Of a stretch of 64,000 nucleotides of DNA, positions 1-9,417 are shown one piece after another. The stretch is from a virus (taxonomy: Duplodnaviria; Caudoviricetes), in the IMG/VR virus record IMGVR_UViG_3300005458_000015, positions 1-64,000 of that record. The stretch is one strand, 5' to 3'. The notes beneath the pieces were generated by a model. The model made no database searches and was not told where the DNA came from. It saw only the letters and a program-made list of their open reading frames with translations. Numbering within the stretch: position 1 is the first letter of the stretch; each line of letters begins with the position of its first letter. Position numbers and translations under genes: made by a program.

Positions 1-1918
1 CCATCTCCGCTTCACCAGGAAGTGGACGACCAGGAGGAACAACCCCCGTTACTGCCTGTTCGGACAACGACCCCCGAATCGGCATCCGGGCACCCTGAGC
101 AGCATCAGCCTTTGCCGTCTTGATCTTCTCTTCGACGTCAGTGGAGTCACCGAAGATCTTGACCCGAAGGTTGTGCACGGCCTGCTGACCCCGCGTGAAC
201 ATGCCGGGGATCGAGTACGGGCTGTAGGCCTCGGTCTGACGTCGGGTGTAATCACCAATCGCTCTTGGGTCGAAGCGATTACGGTTCAGCACCGGCAGAC
301 CGAGGGTGTCCCCAGCCTCGGTGATCTCCGCCCCCAACTTCTTGAGGGGGAACATCGCTATCCCACGCATCCCTCGACCAGTGGCCGCAACCATCCGCTG
401 AGCGATAGTTGGGTCTTCAGGCGGGGGTGCAGAGAACCGCTGGCCCAACCCGTAGGTGCCAGCAAAGATCCGGTTAGCCGCCTTGGACCGAGATGTCATG
501 TCAATCGGACGCTGGCGAAGGAAGGTCCGCGCACCCTCCTGGTACGGCGTGCCTTGCGGAGCCCGTAACCCGCTGGCCAGACCCTGAAGGGTGTTGGTGC
601 CGGTCATGCCGGAGAGGCTTCGCCATGCTGCTACCGCAGCCAGCAAGGCAATAGAGAAAGCGGTGATGGTGCCGGTCACCATCAAGAAAGCGCCACCAAT
701 GCCAGCGACAATGCCAGGGATCGGTCCCATCATCGCCAGCAGTGAGTTGATCGGCCCCAGAACCTTGTTGGCACCCTCGAAGAACAAGTTGAGGACATGC
801 AACATCGGTCCACCAATACGGACCACGATGTCGTTGATCTGGTTGCGGAACTCCTGCATGGTCGAGGAGAGGTCTTTCCAAGCCGCGTTGGACGACTGGG
901 TCAGAGCATTGTTCCGGGCATAGGCAGCAGATGCCTGGTTCATGCTCTGGGCGATATTTGCTTGCCCACCAGTCAGTGCGGCGATGACCCGGATCGCCCG
1001 GTTGCCATCAAGACCCAACTGCTGGAGGGTCATGATGCCCTTTTGACCTTGACTCTGGATGGCAGTGAGGATCTGCTCAAAGGCCTGGGCCGGATGGCTC
1101 TGGGCGAAGGCCCGGAACTGTGCGGAAGTCTGCCCAACCAACTTGGCGAAGTAGGACAATTGGGCGTTGTTGGAAACGATCGCCTGGTTGATCTGGCTAG
1201 TGATCGAGGTGAAGACGTTGGCTGCTGCCGAGGAGTCCGCGCCCGCCCTGGTGAAGGCGGTAGCCAGGCCCAACACCTGGGTCTGGGTATAACCGGCCTG
1301 CTGAGCAACGGCCTGAATGGACTGGGCGAAGCCCATGATGTCGCTGGCTCCGACACCGTTCAACTTGGAGAGTTCGATCAGAGCCGAGGAGTAGTTGGAA
1401 ACGGTGGAGAGCCCTGACCCCATCTCCCGGTTCATCTGCACGATCTGGGAGAGCAACTGGCCAGGTGCGGTGTTGGTAGCAGCAGCCAAGCGCTCTGCCA
1501 TCACCGTGAACTGGGAGATGTTCTTGGTGCCCTGGATACCGAGCGCCTGGACCTGACCAACCAGCCTGGCGATGTTGTTGGTGGAGTCCGGGATGGACCG
1601 GGAGAGGTTGAGGACCTCACCGCGCAGTGCCGCCACTGACTGTCCAGTGACAGCCGAGTTGGCCCGTACCCCCGACATGGCTACATCGAGACGATTGGCA
1701 GCCTCAGCAGCAGCCGTAAGAGCAGCGATGTCACTTGCACCGATAAGCACCATGCGCTTACCAGCACGCTTTACCAGATCATCGATACCCTTACCCAGTT
1801 TGGTAACGCCAAGCAGAGCGACGTTAGTGGCCTTGGCCGCATCCTGCATTGCCCGCTGGTAGGGGGAGACGTTTGCGGTGAGGTTGACCTGGACGTTACG
1901 GCTGTCCATGCCAGCCAT
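1..1918 (-). CDS. tape measure protein (3' end beyond window)
   Basis: Not in the ORF track because it has no stop. I translated it from ATG 1918 (MAGMDSRNVQVNLTANVSPYQRAM...) in sampled stretches and found no stop down to base 1. Ala/Gly/Gln-rich helical sequence, directly after the tail chaperones. Confidence 0.9.
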   Translation of the reverse strand, partial: MAGMDSRNVQVNLTANVSPYQRAMQDAAKATNVALLGVTKLGKGIDDLVKRAGKRMVLIGASDIAALTAAAEAANRLDVAMSGVRANSAVTGQSVAALRGEVLNLSRSIPDSTNNIARLVGQVQALGIQGTKNISQFTVMAERLAAATNTAPGQLLSQIVQMNREMGSGLSTVSNYSSALIELSKLNGVGASDIMGFAQSIQAVAQQAGYTQTQVLGLATAFTRAGADSSAAANVFTSITSQINQAIVSNNAQLSYFAKLVGQTSAQFRAFAQSHPAQAFEQILTAIQSQGQKGIMTLQQLGLDGNRAIRVIAALTGGQANIAQSMNQASAAYARNNALTQSSNAAWKDLSSTMQEFRNQINDIVVRIGGPMLHVLNLFFEGANKVLGPINSLLAMMGPIPGIVAGIGGAFLMVTGTITAFSIALLAAVAAWRSLSGMTGTNTLQGLASGLRAPQGTPYQEGARTFLRQRPIDMTSRSKAANRIFAGTYGLGQRFSAPPPEDPTIAQRMVAATGRGMRGIAMFPLKKLGAEITEAGDTLGLPVLNRNRFDPRAIGDYTRRQTEAYSPYSIPGMFTRGQQAVHNLRVKIFGDSTDVEEKIKTAKADAAQGARMPIRGSLSEQAVTGVVPPGRPLPGEAEM

Positions 1919-1923
1919 CGTGG

Positions 1924-2262
1924 TCACCGGCGCTCCCTGGTCATCTCAGCAATAGCAGCAGGAACCAACCTGACAGTGGTCCCAGGGAGATTGTCCTTGG
2001 TTTCGTTGGTGATGTCTTTCAAGTAGCAGCCCTTGCACCACTGCTCCTGTGGCTCATAGGCGTACTGGTCCTCCGCCCACTCCCAATCGGCAGTGCCACA
2101 CAGAGAGCAGCGAGCCGCCTCCTCCAACTTCCAGGCCAACGCCTTTGCCCTATCTTCAGGGTTCCAGGCCAAGAACTTGGAGTGCGGTATGCCTAACTCA
2201 GTGCAGTAAGAGACCTCTAGTGCGAACTGAGGGTCATACCTCAGTCGCTGTCGGTAGGGTTT
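1924..2262 (-). CDS. tail assembly chaperone, -1 frameshift extension (G-T type)
   Basis: -1 frame relative to 2241..2666, entered at slippery A AAC CCT; reads KPYRQRLRYDPQFALEVSYCTELGIPHSKF...; has two CxxC motifs. Confidence 0.75.
   Translation of the reverse strand, partial: KPYRQRLRYDPQFALEVSYCTELGIPHSKFLAWNPEDRAKALAWKLEEAARCSLCGTADWEWAEDQYAYEPQEQWCKGCYLKDITNETKDNLPGTTVRLVPAAIAEMTRERR
2222..2262 (-). promoter_or_regulatory. programmed -1 ribosomal frameshift signal
   Basis: X XXY YYZ heptamer AAACCCT (2262-2256), 7-nt spacer, stem-loop GCGA-CTGAGG/CCTCAG-(T)-TCGC (2248-2222). Confidence 0.8.
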
Positions 2263-2666
2263 ACGTCCAGGCCCCTGGTGCAGACATCCACCGCAGCCAG
2301 GTAGACGCTCATCAGTTCGCCACGGTTCCACTCATCTGAGTTCCAGATGTTGGTCCAGTCCTCCACCGTCATGGCCGGATCGACACACACCCGAGAGAGC
2401 AACTGTGGGGCGAACCTGTCCATGTCATAGGTCATCCCCTCCTTCTTCTGGGAGGGAGTGGGTGGGTACTTAGTGACCAACTTGTCGTACTCGTTGTTTC
2501 CGATGGCCCGGAAGAGCAGGTCAACATCAACCGGCCCGTCTTCACCGGGCAGGGAAACGGAAACGGACCTCTCCTGACGCCGCTTCTTCAGCAGCATGTC
2601 AGCAGTGGCCCGTTCGCGCTGAGCGTTCGCCATCTTCAGAGCCTCCAGATCATTCTTGCTGGCCAT
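2241..2666 (-). CDS. tail assembly chaperone
   Basis: 141 aa between major tail and tape measure genes, ending at a frameshift site. Confidence 0.8.
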   Translation of the reverse strand: MASKNDLEALKMANAQRERATADMLLKKRRQERSVSVSLPGEDGPVDVDLLFRAIGNNEYDKLVTKYPPTPSQKKEGMTYDMDRFAPQLLSRVCVDPAMTVEDWTNIWNSDEWNRGELMSVYLAAVDVCTRGLDVNPTDSD

Positions 2667-2706
2667 CCCCGGCCCTACTGTTTATGGAGTTAGGGGTCTT
2701 GTCGAA

Positions 2707-3183
2707 CTAGGAGACGAGAGCAGCCTCGTTCGGCACCTGCGGCACCGAGCACTGCACCGTCATGGTCTGAGCCGTGTTGTTGGTCATGTTCTGACCGGAG
2801 CGAGTCTGCACGGTGACCGGCCAGACCTCAACCTTGTCGCCTGCCATCGGCAGGTTGTTCGCACCAGTGCCACCGAACCGGGAGACCACGAAATACCCCT
2901 TGGTACCACGCGGGAGCGTGAGCCAGGCCGTGTCAGTGGTGTCATCCCGGTAGAAATCAGCCTCGAACGTCGCCGTGACCGTACCCGGAATGCTCGTCTC
3001 GAAGGTCGAGTCGAAGGACGGGGTGGCAACGGTGTTACCGGTCGTACTCGCGTTCAGGCTGATGACGAAACTAGTAAGGTTTACCCCGCCAGAGATCTCT
3101 GCCGCCGTAGGAGCAAGAGTGGGAGAGGCAATCGTCGTCACGAACGTGATGTACGAATGTTGGTTGGGGATAGTGCGTGCCAT
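2707..3183 (-). CDS. major tail (tube) protein
   Basis: 158 aa, Thr-rich; APTAAEI..G.NLT, TIPG, LPRGTKGYFVV.RFG, GDKVEVWPV motifs typical of actinophage tail tubes; synteny. Confidence 0.8.
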   Translation of the reverse strand: MARTIPNQHSYITFVTTIASPTLAPTAAEISGGVNLTSFVISLNASTTGNTVATPSFDSTFETSIPGTVTATFEADFYRDDTTDTAWLTLPRGTKGYFVVSRFGGTGANNLPMAGDKVEVWPVTVQTRSGQNMTNNTAQTMTVQCSVPQVPNEAALVS

Positions 3184-3254
3184 CAGGCTTCTCCTATTCG
3201 CACGACCGCGACGTCAACGACATCGTGATCTCTGCCTGTCTGTCTTGTCGTGAA

Positions 3255-3563
3255 CTACGGGGTCGGCGTAGTCGGGGGGTTAGGCGCAGGCGGCTTAACC
3301 GGCGATGGTGCCTTCACCGGTGCCGGAGTGTCCTGGGTACGAAACTCATATGACGGACTGGTATCGGCAGCAGCAGGCTCCACGTCGTTATAGACGCCGT
3401 AATCCTCGCCCTCAACCTTCTGCCAACCAAGGTCGAACCACACCGGGAGACTTTCGACCAACACCTCTGAATGGACGTTCTCATCGTAAGGAGCCGCGAT
3501 CTTGACGACCCGCTCCAAGTCACGCTCGTCGGCCATTGCGAACTCCTTTACCGGCTCGTCCAT
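3255..3563 (-). CDS. hypothetical virion-module protein, Pro-rich C-terminus
   Basis: ORF track; sits between tail terminator and tail tube. Confidence 0.6.
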   Translation of the reverse strand: MDEPVKEFAMADERDLERVVKIAAPYDENVHSEVLVESLPVWFDLGWQKVEGEDYGVYNDVEPAAADTSPSYEFRTQDTPAPVKAPSPVKPPAPNPPTTPTP

Positions 3564-4027
3564 AGAGCCACGATGTCGGATTGTGCATAGTAGGCAGGAT
3601 CGGTTTGGTCAATACGTTGCACCGCACCAATGGACTGCACTGCTACTTGCTGAATTCTGCGCTGGTAGGCGCTTCCTGTCCCGGACCACTGGAGAACATC
3701 TTGCTGAGCCAAATCAGCGATGGCTTCACGGGATGCATCAGCCATCCATTCGCATTGCTCTCGTGACACACCATATGACGTCAGGTTATAGGGAATGACC
3801 AGGTCTCCTTGCGGATCATCCCAAGGTCCTGTTGCAGGCATCGTCTGGATCGGGGTCAGCACCACATAGGGAACGAAGTTGGTCCCGTCCTGATTGGGCT
3901 CCCCCTGCCAGCCAGCAACCCCACCCCGAGGGATCTCAGCGTCTCCTACCGGCTTGCCTACGTTGGTCAGCGCGGCCAAGACCGCCTCTGTAAAGGTCCT
4001 GCGCTGTACCCCAGCCATCAGTGCCAT
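3548..4027 (-). CDS. tail terminator
   Basis: 159 aa; PYVVL motif, 'SREQCEWMADASREAI'; synteny. Confidence 0.6.
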   Translation of the reverse strand: MALMAGVQRRTFTEAVLAALTNVGKPVGDAEIPRGGVAGWQGEPNQDGTNFVPYVVLTPIQTMPATGPWDDPQGDLVIPYNLTSYGVSREQCEWMADASREAIADLAQQDVLQWSGTGSAYQRRIQQVAVQSIGAVQRIDQTDPAYYAQSDIVALWTSR

Positions 4028-4545
4028 CCAGTGGCAGGAGCGTTGGTCAGGGTCTCTGGAGCGTTAGGCCCTTGGACAATGGTGGCTACGGCTGCGTCTC
4101 CCAGGTTGGAAGCGAAAGGGAGAGCGATACGCTCTACCGCAGGACGCAGGAAGGGCCGAGGAGCCATACCGGGGTTGACCACCCTCTTGGTATAGATCAC
4201 TCTTCCGTCCTTGGTCTTGAACCGCAGATACTTAGCCCGCTTGGGAACGATGACGATGGGGGAGCCAGGGAACTCGCCTCTGGTCCCAGTACCAAACTCG
4301 TTGAACTTGGCGTAGGGCGCAGTGTTGTAGACCGAGCCAGATAGCCCATGGATCTCACTGCCGAATGCGTTGGCCAGTCGTCCCGTCCGACGTGGTGCGT
4401 ACTGCTGGGCATAGGTAGCAACCTGGGTGATGGCAGAGTTGAGCAGCCCACTGGCCACGGTCTTGAACGCCTCTCCCGAAGCGTTAGCCAGGTCCTGGGC
4501 TAGTGCAGCCATCTGCACGGTGGCAGCAGTGTTGTCAGCCATCAA
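4018..4545 (-). CDS. HK97 gp10-like tail completion/neck protein
   Basis: APRRTGRL, APYAKFNEFGT, HPG-like 'NPGMAPRPFLRPA' motifs. Confidence 0.7.
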   Translation of the reverse strand: MMADNTAATVQMAALAQDLANASGEAFKTVASGLLNSAITQVATYAQQYAPRRTGRLANAFGSEIHGLSGSVYNTAPYAKFNEFGTGTRGEFPGSPIVIVPKRAKYLRFKTKDGRVIYTKRVVNPGMAPRPFLRPAVERIALPFASNLGDAAVATIVQGPNAPETLTNAPATGWH

Positions 4546-4597
4546 CCCTCCACAGGGCCGCAGGAGGGGGATGGCTCTCCTGCGACCTTGAAGATGG

Positions 4598-5020
4598 TCA
4601 TGACGTCCATGGTGAGCCTTCTTGGGTGGTCACCGTCAACTGCCGTGAGGGAGAGAGAATGCCACCTTCAGTGACATCAATAACGCGATACCTACGCCCA
4701 ACCATTGCCGGGTCGTCTGGTGAGGCGGTCACCTCGACCATGTCGTCCACCTTGGGCAGGGGAGCATCCTGTGGGATGGAGACAGTGGACTGGCCAATGG
4801 CGGCGAGTCCTCCGCCCACAAGTTGCATCCCGCCAGTAGTGGAGTAGATCCGAGCCGGACCTGACCAGACCACTACCGAGGTATGTGCGGTGCTCATCCC
4901 CGTAGTGGAGTCGAAGGTTGGCACCGCAGGGCGCTCAATGGTGACGGTGGAGGTCATCTGTCCCACCGTCATCTTGTAGAGGTAGGACCGAGCCCGAGCA
5001 GATGGGACTGGCATCCTCAT
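4598..5020 (-). CDS. head-to-tail stopper
   Basis: 140 aa beta-rich; VTIERP...FD.TTG...VWSGPARI, 'LPKVDDMVEV...GRRYRV'; synteny. Confidence 0.65.
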   Translation of the reverse strand: MRMPVPSARARSYLYKMTVGQMTSTVTIERPAVPTFDSTTGMSTAHTSVVVWSGPARIYSTTGGMQLVGGGLAAIGQSTVSIPQDAPLPKVDDMVEVTASPDDPAMVGRRYRVIDVTEGGILSPSRQLTVTTQEGSPWTS

Positions 5021-5493
5021 CCCTCTGCATACCCCCCTGGGGAAGACGGGTCCTCAATTGGGTTAGGGACACCCCAGAAGGGGTTGAGGTTGGCACCTTC
5101 CCGACGAGAGTCGTGCATTCCGATCCTGATCCGCTCTGCGTTCTCGACCCAGTCACACCAGTCGTTGGAGCCATCGAACGGAGAGGCAACCCGACCCTTC
5201 CGCTTGTTCTCAAGACGGAGTTGCTGAGCCAGTTGCAGGTACTTCTGCTGGAGTTCGGTGCCGGTGAAGTTGACACCATCTGAGGTGTAGGTGACCTCCC
5301 TAGCGAACTGACCAGCCAGTTGCTCAGCACCCGCAGCAGCAGCAAGGTAGAGGTTGTTGTCCCACTCAGAGAGCAGCCAGGTGATCTCTTGGTTGGACAG
5401 CGTCAACTGGTCCGTCTGGTCAGTGTCGCCCAGGAGGAACCGTACGGCGTCTAGCGGAGATGCAGAAGGGTCACCGCTATAGGACCAAGCCAT
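5017..5493 (-). CDS. head-to-tail adaptor
   Basis: 'LDAVRFLLGDTD...LSNQEITWLL...LYLAAA' pattern; synteny. Confidence 0.7.
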   Translation of the reverse strand: MAWSYSGDPSASPLDAVRFLLGDTDQTDQLTLSNQEITWLLSEWDNNLYLAAAAGAEQLAGQFAREVTYTSDGVNFTGTELQQKYLQLAQQLRLENKRKGRVASPFDGSNDWCDWVENAERIRIGMHDSRREGANLNPFWGVPNPIEDPSSPGGYAEG

Positions 5494-5522
5494 AGGGTGA
5501 CCCTTCTATGTTGTATCTGTCT

Positions 5523-5861
5523 TTAGGAAGCCTGCTGATCCTTGGGCGGCTCGCTCTTGGGAGCAGCAGCCTTGCGAGGCTCCGACTGCTTGGCCGGACC
5601 ATTCGGATAGTTCGGCCCACCGGGATAGTTACCGTCCACCACAGCCTGAGCGTCCGCAGCAATGACCGGGTCATCGTGGTCTACCAGGTCCTTGACGAAA
5701 ACCGAACCACGGTCAGCAGTCTCAACCACACTGTTAGCCGGGTCGTGGTCGTCCTTCAACGGGTTGAAGTCTTCCTTCGAGGCGTTACTGCGCTCAACAG
5801 CGAGTGCCTGCGCCTCTTCCGGGGACAGTTCGTTGACGTCCCGGTCCTTGTTGTCAGCCAT
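5523..5861 (-). CDS. hypothetical acidic protein
   Basis: ORF track, phage-like codon usage, inside the head operon. Confidence 0.6.
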   Translation of the reverse strand: MADNKDRDVNELSPEEAQALAVERSNASKEDFNPLKDDHDPANSVVETADRGSVFVKDLVDHDDPVIAADAQAVVDGNYPGGPNYPNGPAKQSEPRKAAAPKSEPPKDQQAS

Positions 5862-5869
5862 TACAACTC

Positions 5870-6178
5870 CTAGGTTTGGTCAACCGGGATGGACGGGGTA
5901 GTCAGGTCGTCACCCACGGGGCGGTGGTTCGTGTAGGGCTTGTTACCCGCAGCCTTAGTCTGCTGCGTGTAGGCGAACTTCCCCTGCTTGATGTTGGGGT
6001 TAGCCGTCCGGGCACCCTGGATCTTGAGGTACCCGGCCGACAGATAGTTGTGCAGATTGCGCCAATTGGCAGCCTCGGGGACTGCGTCACCCGGATTACG
6101 CCAGCCAGCGCCTACCTTCAGGCGACGGAGCGCAATGTAGGTGAGCGCAGTCCGATCGAAATTCCGAGACTTAGGCAT
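5870..6178 (-). CDS. small capsid-associated protein (inferred)
   Basis: Translationally coupled to MCP; YIALRRLKVG...PGDAV...W motif shared with the N-terminus of 30309..30950. Confidence 0.6.
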   Translation of the reverse strand: MPKSRNFDRTALTYIALRRLKVGAGWRNPGDAVPEAANWRNLHNYLSAGYLKIQGARTANPNIKQGKFAYTQQTKAAGNKPYTNHRPVGDDLTTPSIPVDQT

Positions 6179-7173
6179 TAGGCCACCGCGTTCGACCAGA
6201 ACACGCCCATGTCCGGGGCGACAACCTTCATGTCGTAGGTCATCTCACCTTCGATGCGATCAGAGGCGATGTTCTCCATGCGGAAGTTCTTGATGCGGAT
6301 ACCACGGCGGTTGCCACCGAGGTAGCCATTCCAGGTGAACGTGTAGCCAGCCGCAGGCTCCATCACCGAAGGAGAAGAAGGCGTGTAGCAGAGCAGGGCC
6401 GACTTGCCACCACCGATGAAGGAGTAAGAAGCGTTGGCCTCAGTCACTGCCGGGTCCTGGAACTCCGGGCTCTGGGTGAAGGTGGCGTAGGAGACCAGGA
6501 TCTTCTGCACACCGAACAGAGAGGCGATCAGGTCTTCCGTAACGATGCCACGCTCGGTGTACTTGATCCTGTCCAGGATCTCAGCGTGGTTACGGAGGGC
6601 CTGGAGGACGTACGCACCGATCACCATGGTGTTGGGGGCGTAGCCAGTCTGCTGCCGGAAGGCAATGATCTGGCTGGTGACATCCTCAATCGGGCTTGAA
6701 CCCGCCTGGTCCCACTGGAGGAACTGGTTACCAGTCGGAGCGGATGCAACACCCGTCCGGTCATTGGCCCAGACACCAGTCTTGAAATACTTGTTGTTCC
6801 AGTCCAAGTCCCGCTTCAGCAGGAGTTGGTTGGTGACGAAGTTGGTCGCGTCCCGGTCCAGCGAGAAGTTGCTGTCCGCGTTGGCGCGAAGTTGGTCATC
6901 AATGTCCTTGTGGACTGCGTACACATGTGCGAAGTACGAATCCGTGTTGACGTGCCAGCCCACACCCGGCGACTCCGTGCTGGGAGCACGCTTCTCGACG
7001 TCCGTACGCCGCCACTCCGCCTTGTTGTACTTCCAGTACAGATCGGACTGCTTCTGCACCGGGACAGAAGGAAAGACCTTGTCCGCGATGTAGGCATCCG
7101 CCGACTGCATGTAGGCGATGCTGATGTTGGTGAGCGGCACGTTGACGTGCAGATCGCTCTGCGTGGGGTTCAT
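6178..7173 (-). CDS. major capsid protein (HK97 fold)
   Basis: 331 aa; 'PLTNISIAY...IADKVFPSVPV.KQSD.YWKY', 'PNTMVIG', GYTF motif. Confidence 0.9.
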   Translation of the reverse strand: MNPTQSDLHVNVPLTNISIAYMQSADAYIADKVFPSVPVQKQSDLYWKYNKAEWRRTDVEKRAPSTESPGVGWHVNTDSYFAHVYAVHKDIDDQLRANADSNFSLDRDATNFVTNQLLLKRDLDWNNKYFKTGVWANDRTGVASAPTGNQFLQWDQAGSSPIEDVTSQIIAFRQQTGYAPNTMVIGAYVLQALRNHAEILDRIKYTERGIVTEDLIASLFGVQKILVSYATFTQSPEFQDPAVTEANASYSFIGGGKSALLCYTPSSPSVMEPAAGYTFTWNGYLGGNRRGIRIKNFRMENIASDRIEGEMTYDMKVVAPDMGVFWSNAVA

Positions 7174-7209
7174 CCGTTACTCCTCAGAGTCCCTGGTTGC
7201 CAACGGCCC

Positions 7210-7614
7210 TTACTTCAGCCGCAGGAGAACAGTGCAGAGTTCTCCAGCCGCTGCCGTGCTGTGCAGTGCATAACCGATCACGTTGGTGCCGGACGAAACC
7301 GCCCGACCAACGGTGTCTGACGCCACCGAAGCACCAGCAGCGATTGCACCAGCGGCTTCCACCTTGCTGATGCCAAAGATGCCGACCGTAGCCTCGCTAC
7401 CGGTGTTCTGCGGCTTGCTCTGGAGCACACCGACCACCGGGTCGGTAGCCGCCGTAGCAAGACCACACTGGTGCTCGCCAGTGATCTTGACGAAGCGGTA
7501 CTGGAGGCCCGAGTTGTTGGCCGGGGCACCCAGCGTTCCTGCAACACCCGTGTAGAGCGCGATGCTTGCGTCAGCATCCAGGGTGATGCTCTTGAGAGTC
7601 TCTTCGTATGCCAC
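7210..7614 (-). CDS. capsid decoration/cement protein (DUF2190-like)
   Basis: 'YRFVK...VVGVLQSKP...EATVGIFGISKVEAAGAIAAGASVASDTVGRAV...IGYAL'. Confidence 0.75.
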   Translation of the reverse strand: MAYEETLKSITLDADASIALYTGVAGTLGAPANNSGLQYRFVKITGEHQCGLATAATDPVVGVLQSKPQNTGSEATVGIFGISKVEAAGAIAAGASVASDTVGRAVSSGTNVIGYALHSTAAAGELCTVLLRLK

Positions 7615-7642
7615 TTTTTGCTCCCTAGGTCTTTACCCTGGA

Positions 7643-9358
7643 TTACCGGAACATCCGACGCGACGGGTGATCGCGCATGTATTCGTCATAGGCCCGAGGG
7701 TTGTCTGCCAGCACCTGAAGCGTTGCCGCCTCCGGGGTGATGTCCGCTGACTTACCAACCAGTTCCTGAGCAGCAGCCTCGACGCTGGACATCACGTCCG
7801 CGTTGTCGCCACCGCCACGCTTGCCAACCTCACCGAAGAAGTTCTGTGCGCCCATGTCAGCAGCGGCGGTGTTAGCCCGCAGGCACTTGACGATGGTCTT
7901 GAAGTCTTCTGCGTCGAGGTTCTCTGCTGCCCGCTTGAGCACCGGGCCGAGGTCGTCTGCCTTGACCGGGAGGTTGAACTCCGCCGCCTTGGCAACGAAC
8001 TCACGCTCCAGGCGCAGGTCGCGCTCAGACTTGGCGATCTCCTCAGCCTGGCGAGCACGCTGCTCAGCCTTGCTGACGATCTCCAGCGCCTTGCTAATCG
8101 ACTCGCTGTCGGCACCATCGTCGTCCAGCGACTTCGCCAGTTCCGTGAGGAAAGTCGTTTCGTCCATGTCCGAAGTCTCCAGACTCTTGCCGAATGGGTT
8201 CTTCTTGTTGTCGTCGCTACTACCGCTGCTGGTGGATGACGAGTCATCCGAGTTGTCGCTGTTGCTGTCATCCCCGCCACCCGTCAACTGGTCCAGAGCC
8301 TGTTCCAGTTGCTGGATGTACTGCACAACGTCCGGGGGAAGTGCCTGTCCCATTCCGCCACCCGGCTGTTGCATTCCGCCACCGGAAGGAGGTGTGGGCT
8401 GACCCATACCCATCGGCTGCACCCCAGGGGTCTGCATGGTCGGAGCCATACCTGCACCCTGAGCCCCAGGGAAAGGCGACTGCATAGGGTTCTGCGGTGC
8501 GCCCATTCCACCAGGGAAGTGCTTGCCTACATCGTCGCCATACTCATCGCCGTCTGTCTCGAACTCTCCATCGAGAACCTTGGATACGACGTTCTTCCAG
8601 AAGTCCTTGGACTTACCAAGACCAGACAACTTGGTGGGGTTGATATCCCCGCCCTGGCCCTTCTTCTTGGACTTCTGCGGAGGGGTGTCTTCACCCTCAG
8701 TCGTCTCCACACCGGAGATCTTCTTGCCAGGACCGACGTCGCCACTTTCGCCGTTCTCGTCGTCAGTCACACCAGCAGGGTCATCACCAGAGAAGGAATC
8801 CAACTTGGCCTGGTTACCGCCTTGACCAAATGAACCCTTCTTCTCTACCGAGAAGAGGTCGTCCACGTTCAAGGTCTCCTCCGGGGCGCGCTTACCGTAG
8901 TAGTGGTTGTGAACAACCTGGCCAGCATGAGCACCACCAGCAGCACTACCGGCGATTCCACCCCCAATAGCACCCGCCAATGCGCCACCTTCACCGCCGA
9001 TCTTGTGCCCTAACTTGGCACCACCAACGGCACCAGCAGCCATACCACCAAGATTCTCACCAAGAACATGAGCGGTAGCGCCTGCACCATGTCCGGTAGG
9101 TAGACCATAAGCACCAGCAATACGCGGATGCTCTTTGTAGGTCTGTCGATAGTTGGCCTTGCGCTGTTGCGAGAAAGGCGCAGAGAAGAGATTGTGCCCT
9201 TCTGCCTTTTCAAAATAATCAGCAGCCTCAGGTGCACGCTTGGCGATAGAGATGAGTGCGTGCTGGTTGGCACCCCGATCCACGAGACTGACCTCGTCAA
9301 TCGAGAGGTTGCTCAACTGCTTCACGACCCCACGACGGAGCCTGCGCGAGTTAGCCAT
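7643..9358 (-). CDS. scaffolding-like protein with N-terminal prohead-protease C-motif fragment
   Basis: 'SIDEVSLVDRGANQHA' (EVSLVDxxAN motif), Gly-zipper and low-complexity middle, helical coiled-coil C-terminus; just upstream of decoration and MCP genes. Confidence 0.65.
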   Translation of the reverse strand: MANSRRLRRGVVKQLSNLSIDEVSLVDRGANQHALISIAKRAPEAADYFEKAEGHNLFSAPFSQQRKANYRQTYKEHPRIAGAYGLPTGHGAGATAHVLGENLGGMAAGAVGGAKLGHKIGGEGGALAGAIGGGIAGSAAGGAHAGQVVHNHYYGKRAPEETLNVDDLFSVEKKGSFGQGGNQAKLDSFSGDDPAGVTDDENGESGDVGPGKKISGVETTEGEDTPPQKSKKKGQGGDINPTKLSGLGKSKDFWKNVVSKVLDGEFETDGDEYGDDVGKHFPGGMGAPQNPMQSPFPGAQGAGMAPTMQTPGVQPMGMGQPTPPSGGGMQQPGGGMGQALPPDVVQYIQQLEQALDQLTGGGDDSNSDNSDDSSSTSSGSSDDNKKNPFGKSLETSDMDETTFLTELAKSLDDDGADSESISKALEIVSKAEQRARQAEEIAKSERDLRLEREFVAKAAEFNLPVKADDLGPVLKRAAENLDAEDFKTIVKCLRANTAAADMGAQNFFGEVGKRGGGDNADVMSSVEAAAQELVGKSADITPEAATLQVLADNPRAYDEYMRDHPSRRMFR

Positions 9359-9417
9359 TCCTACCTCTCCCTTGCCTATGGAGCAGCGTGCAGCGATATC
9401 TAGGGCTTGTCGTCAAC

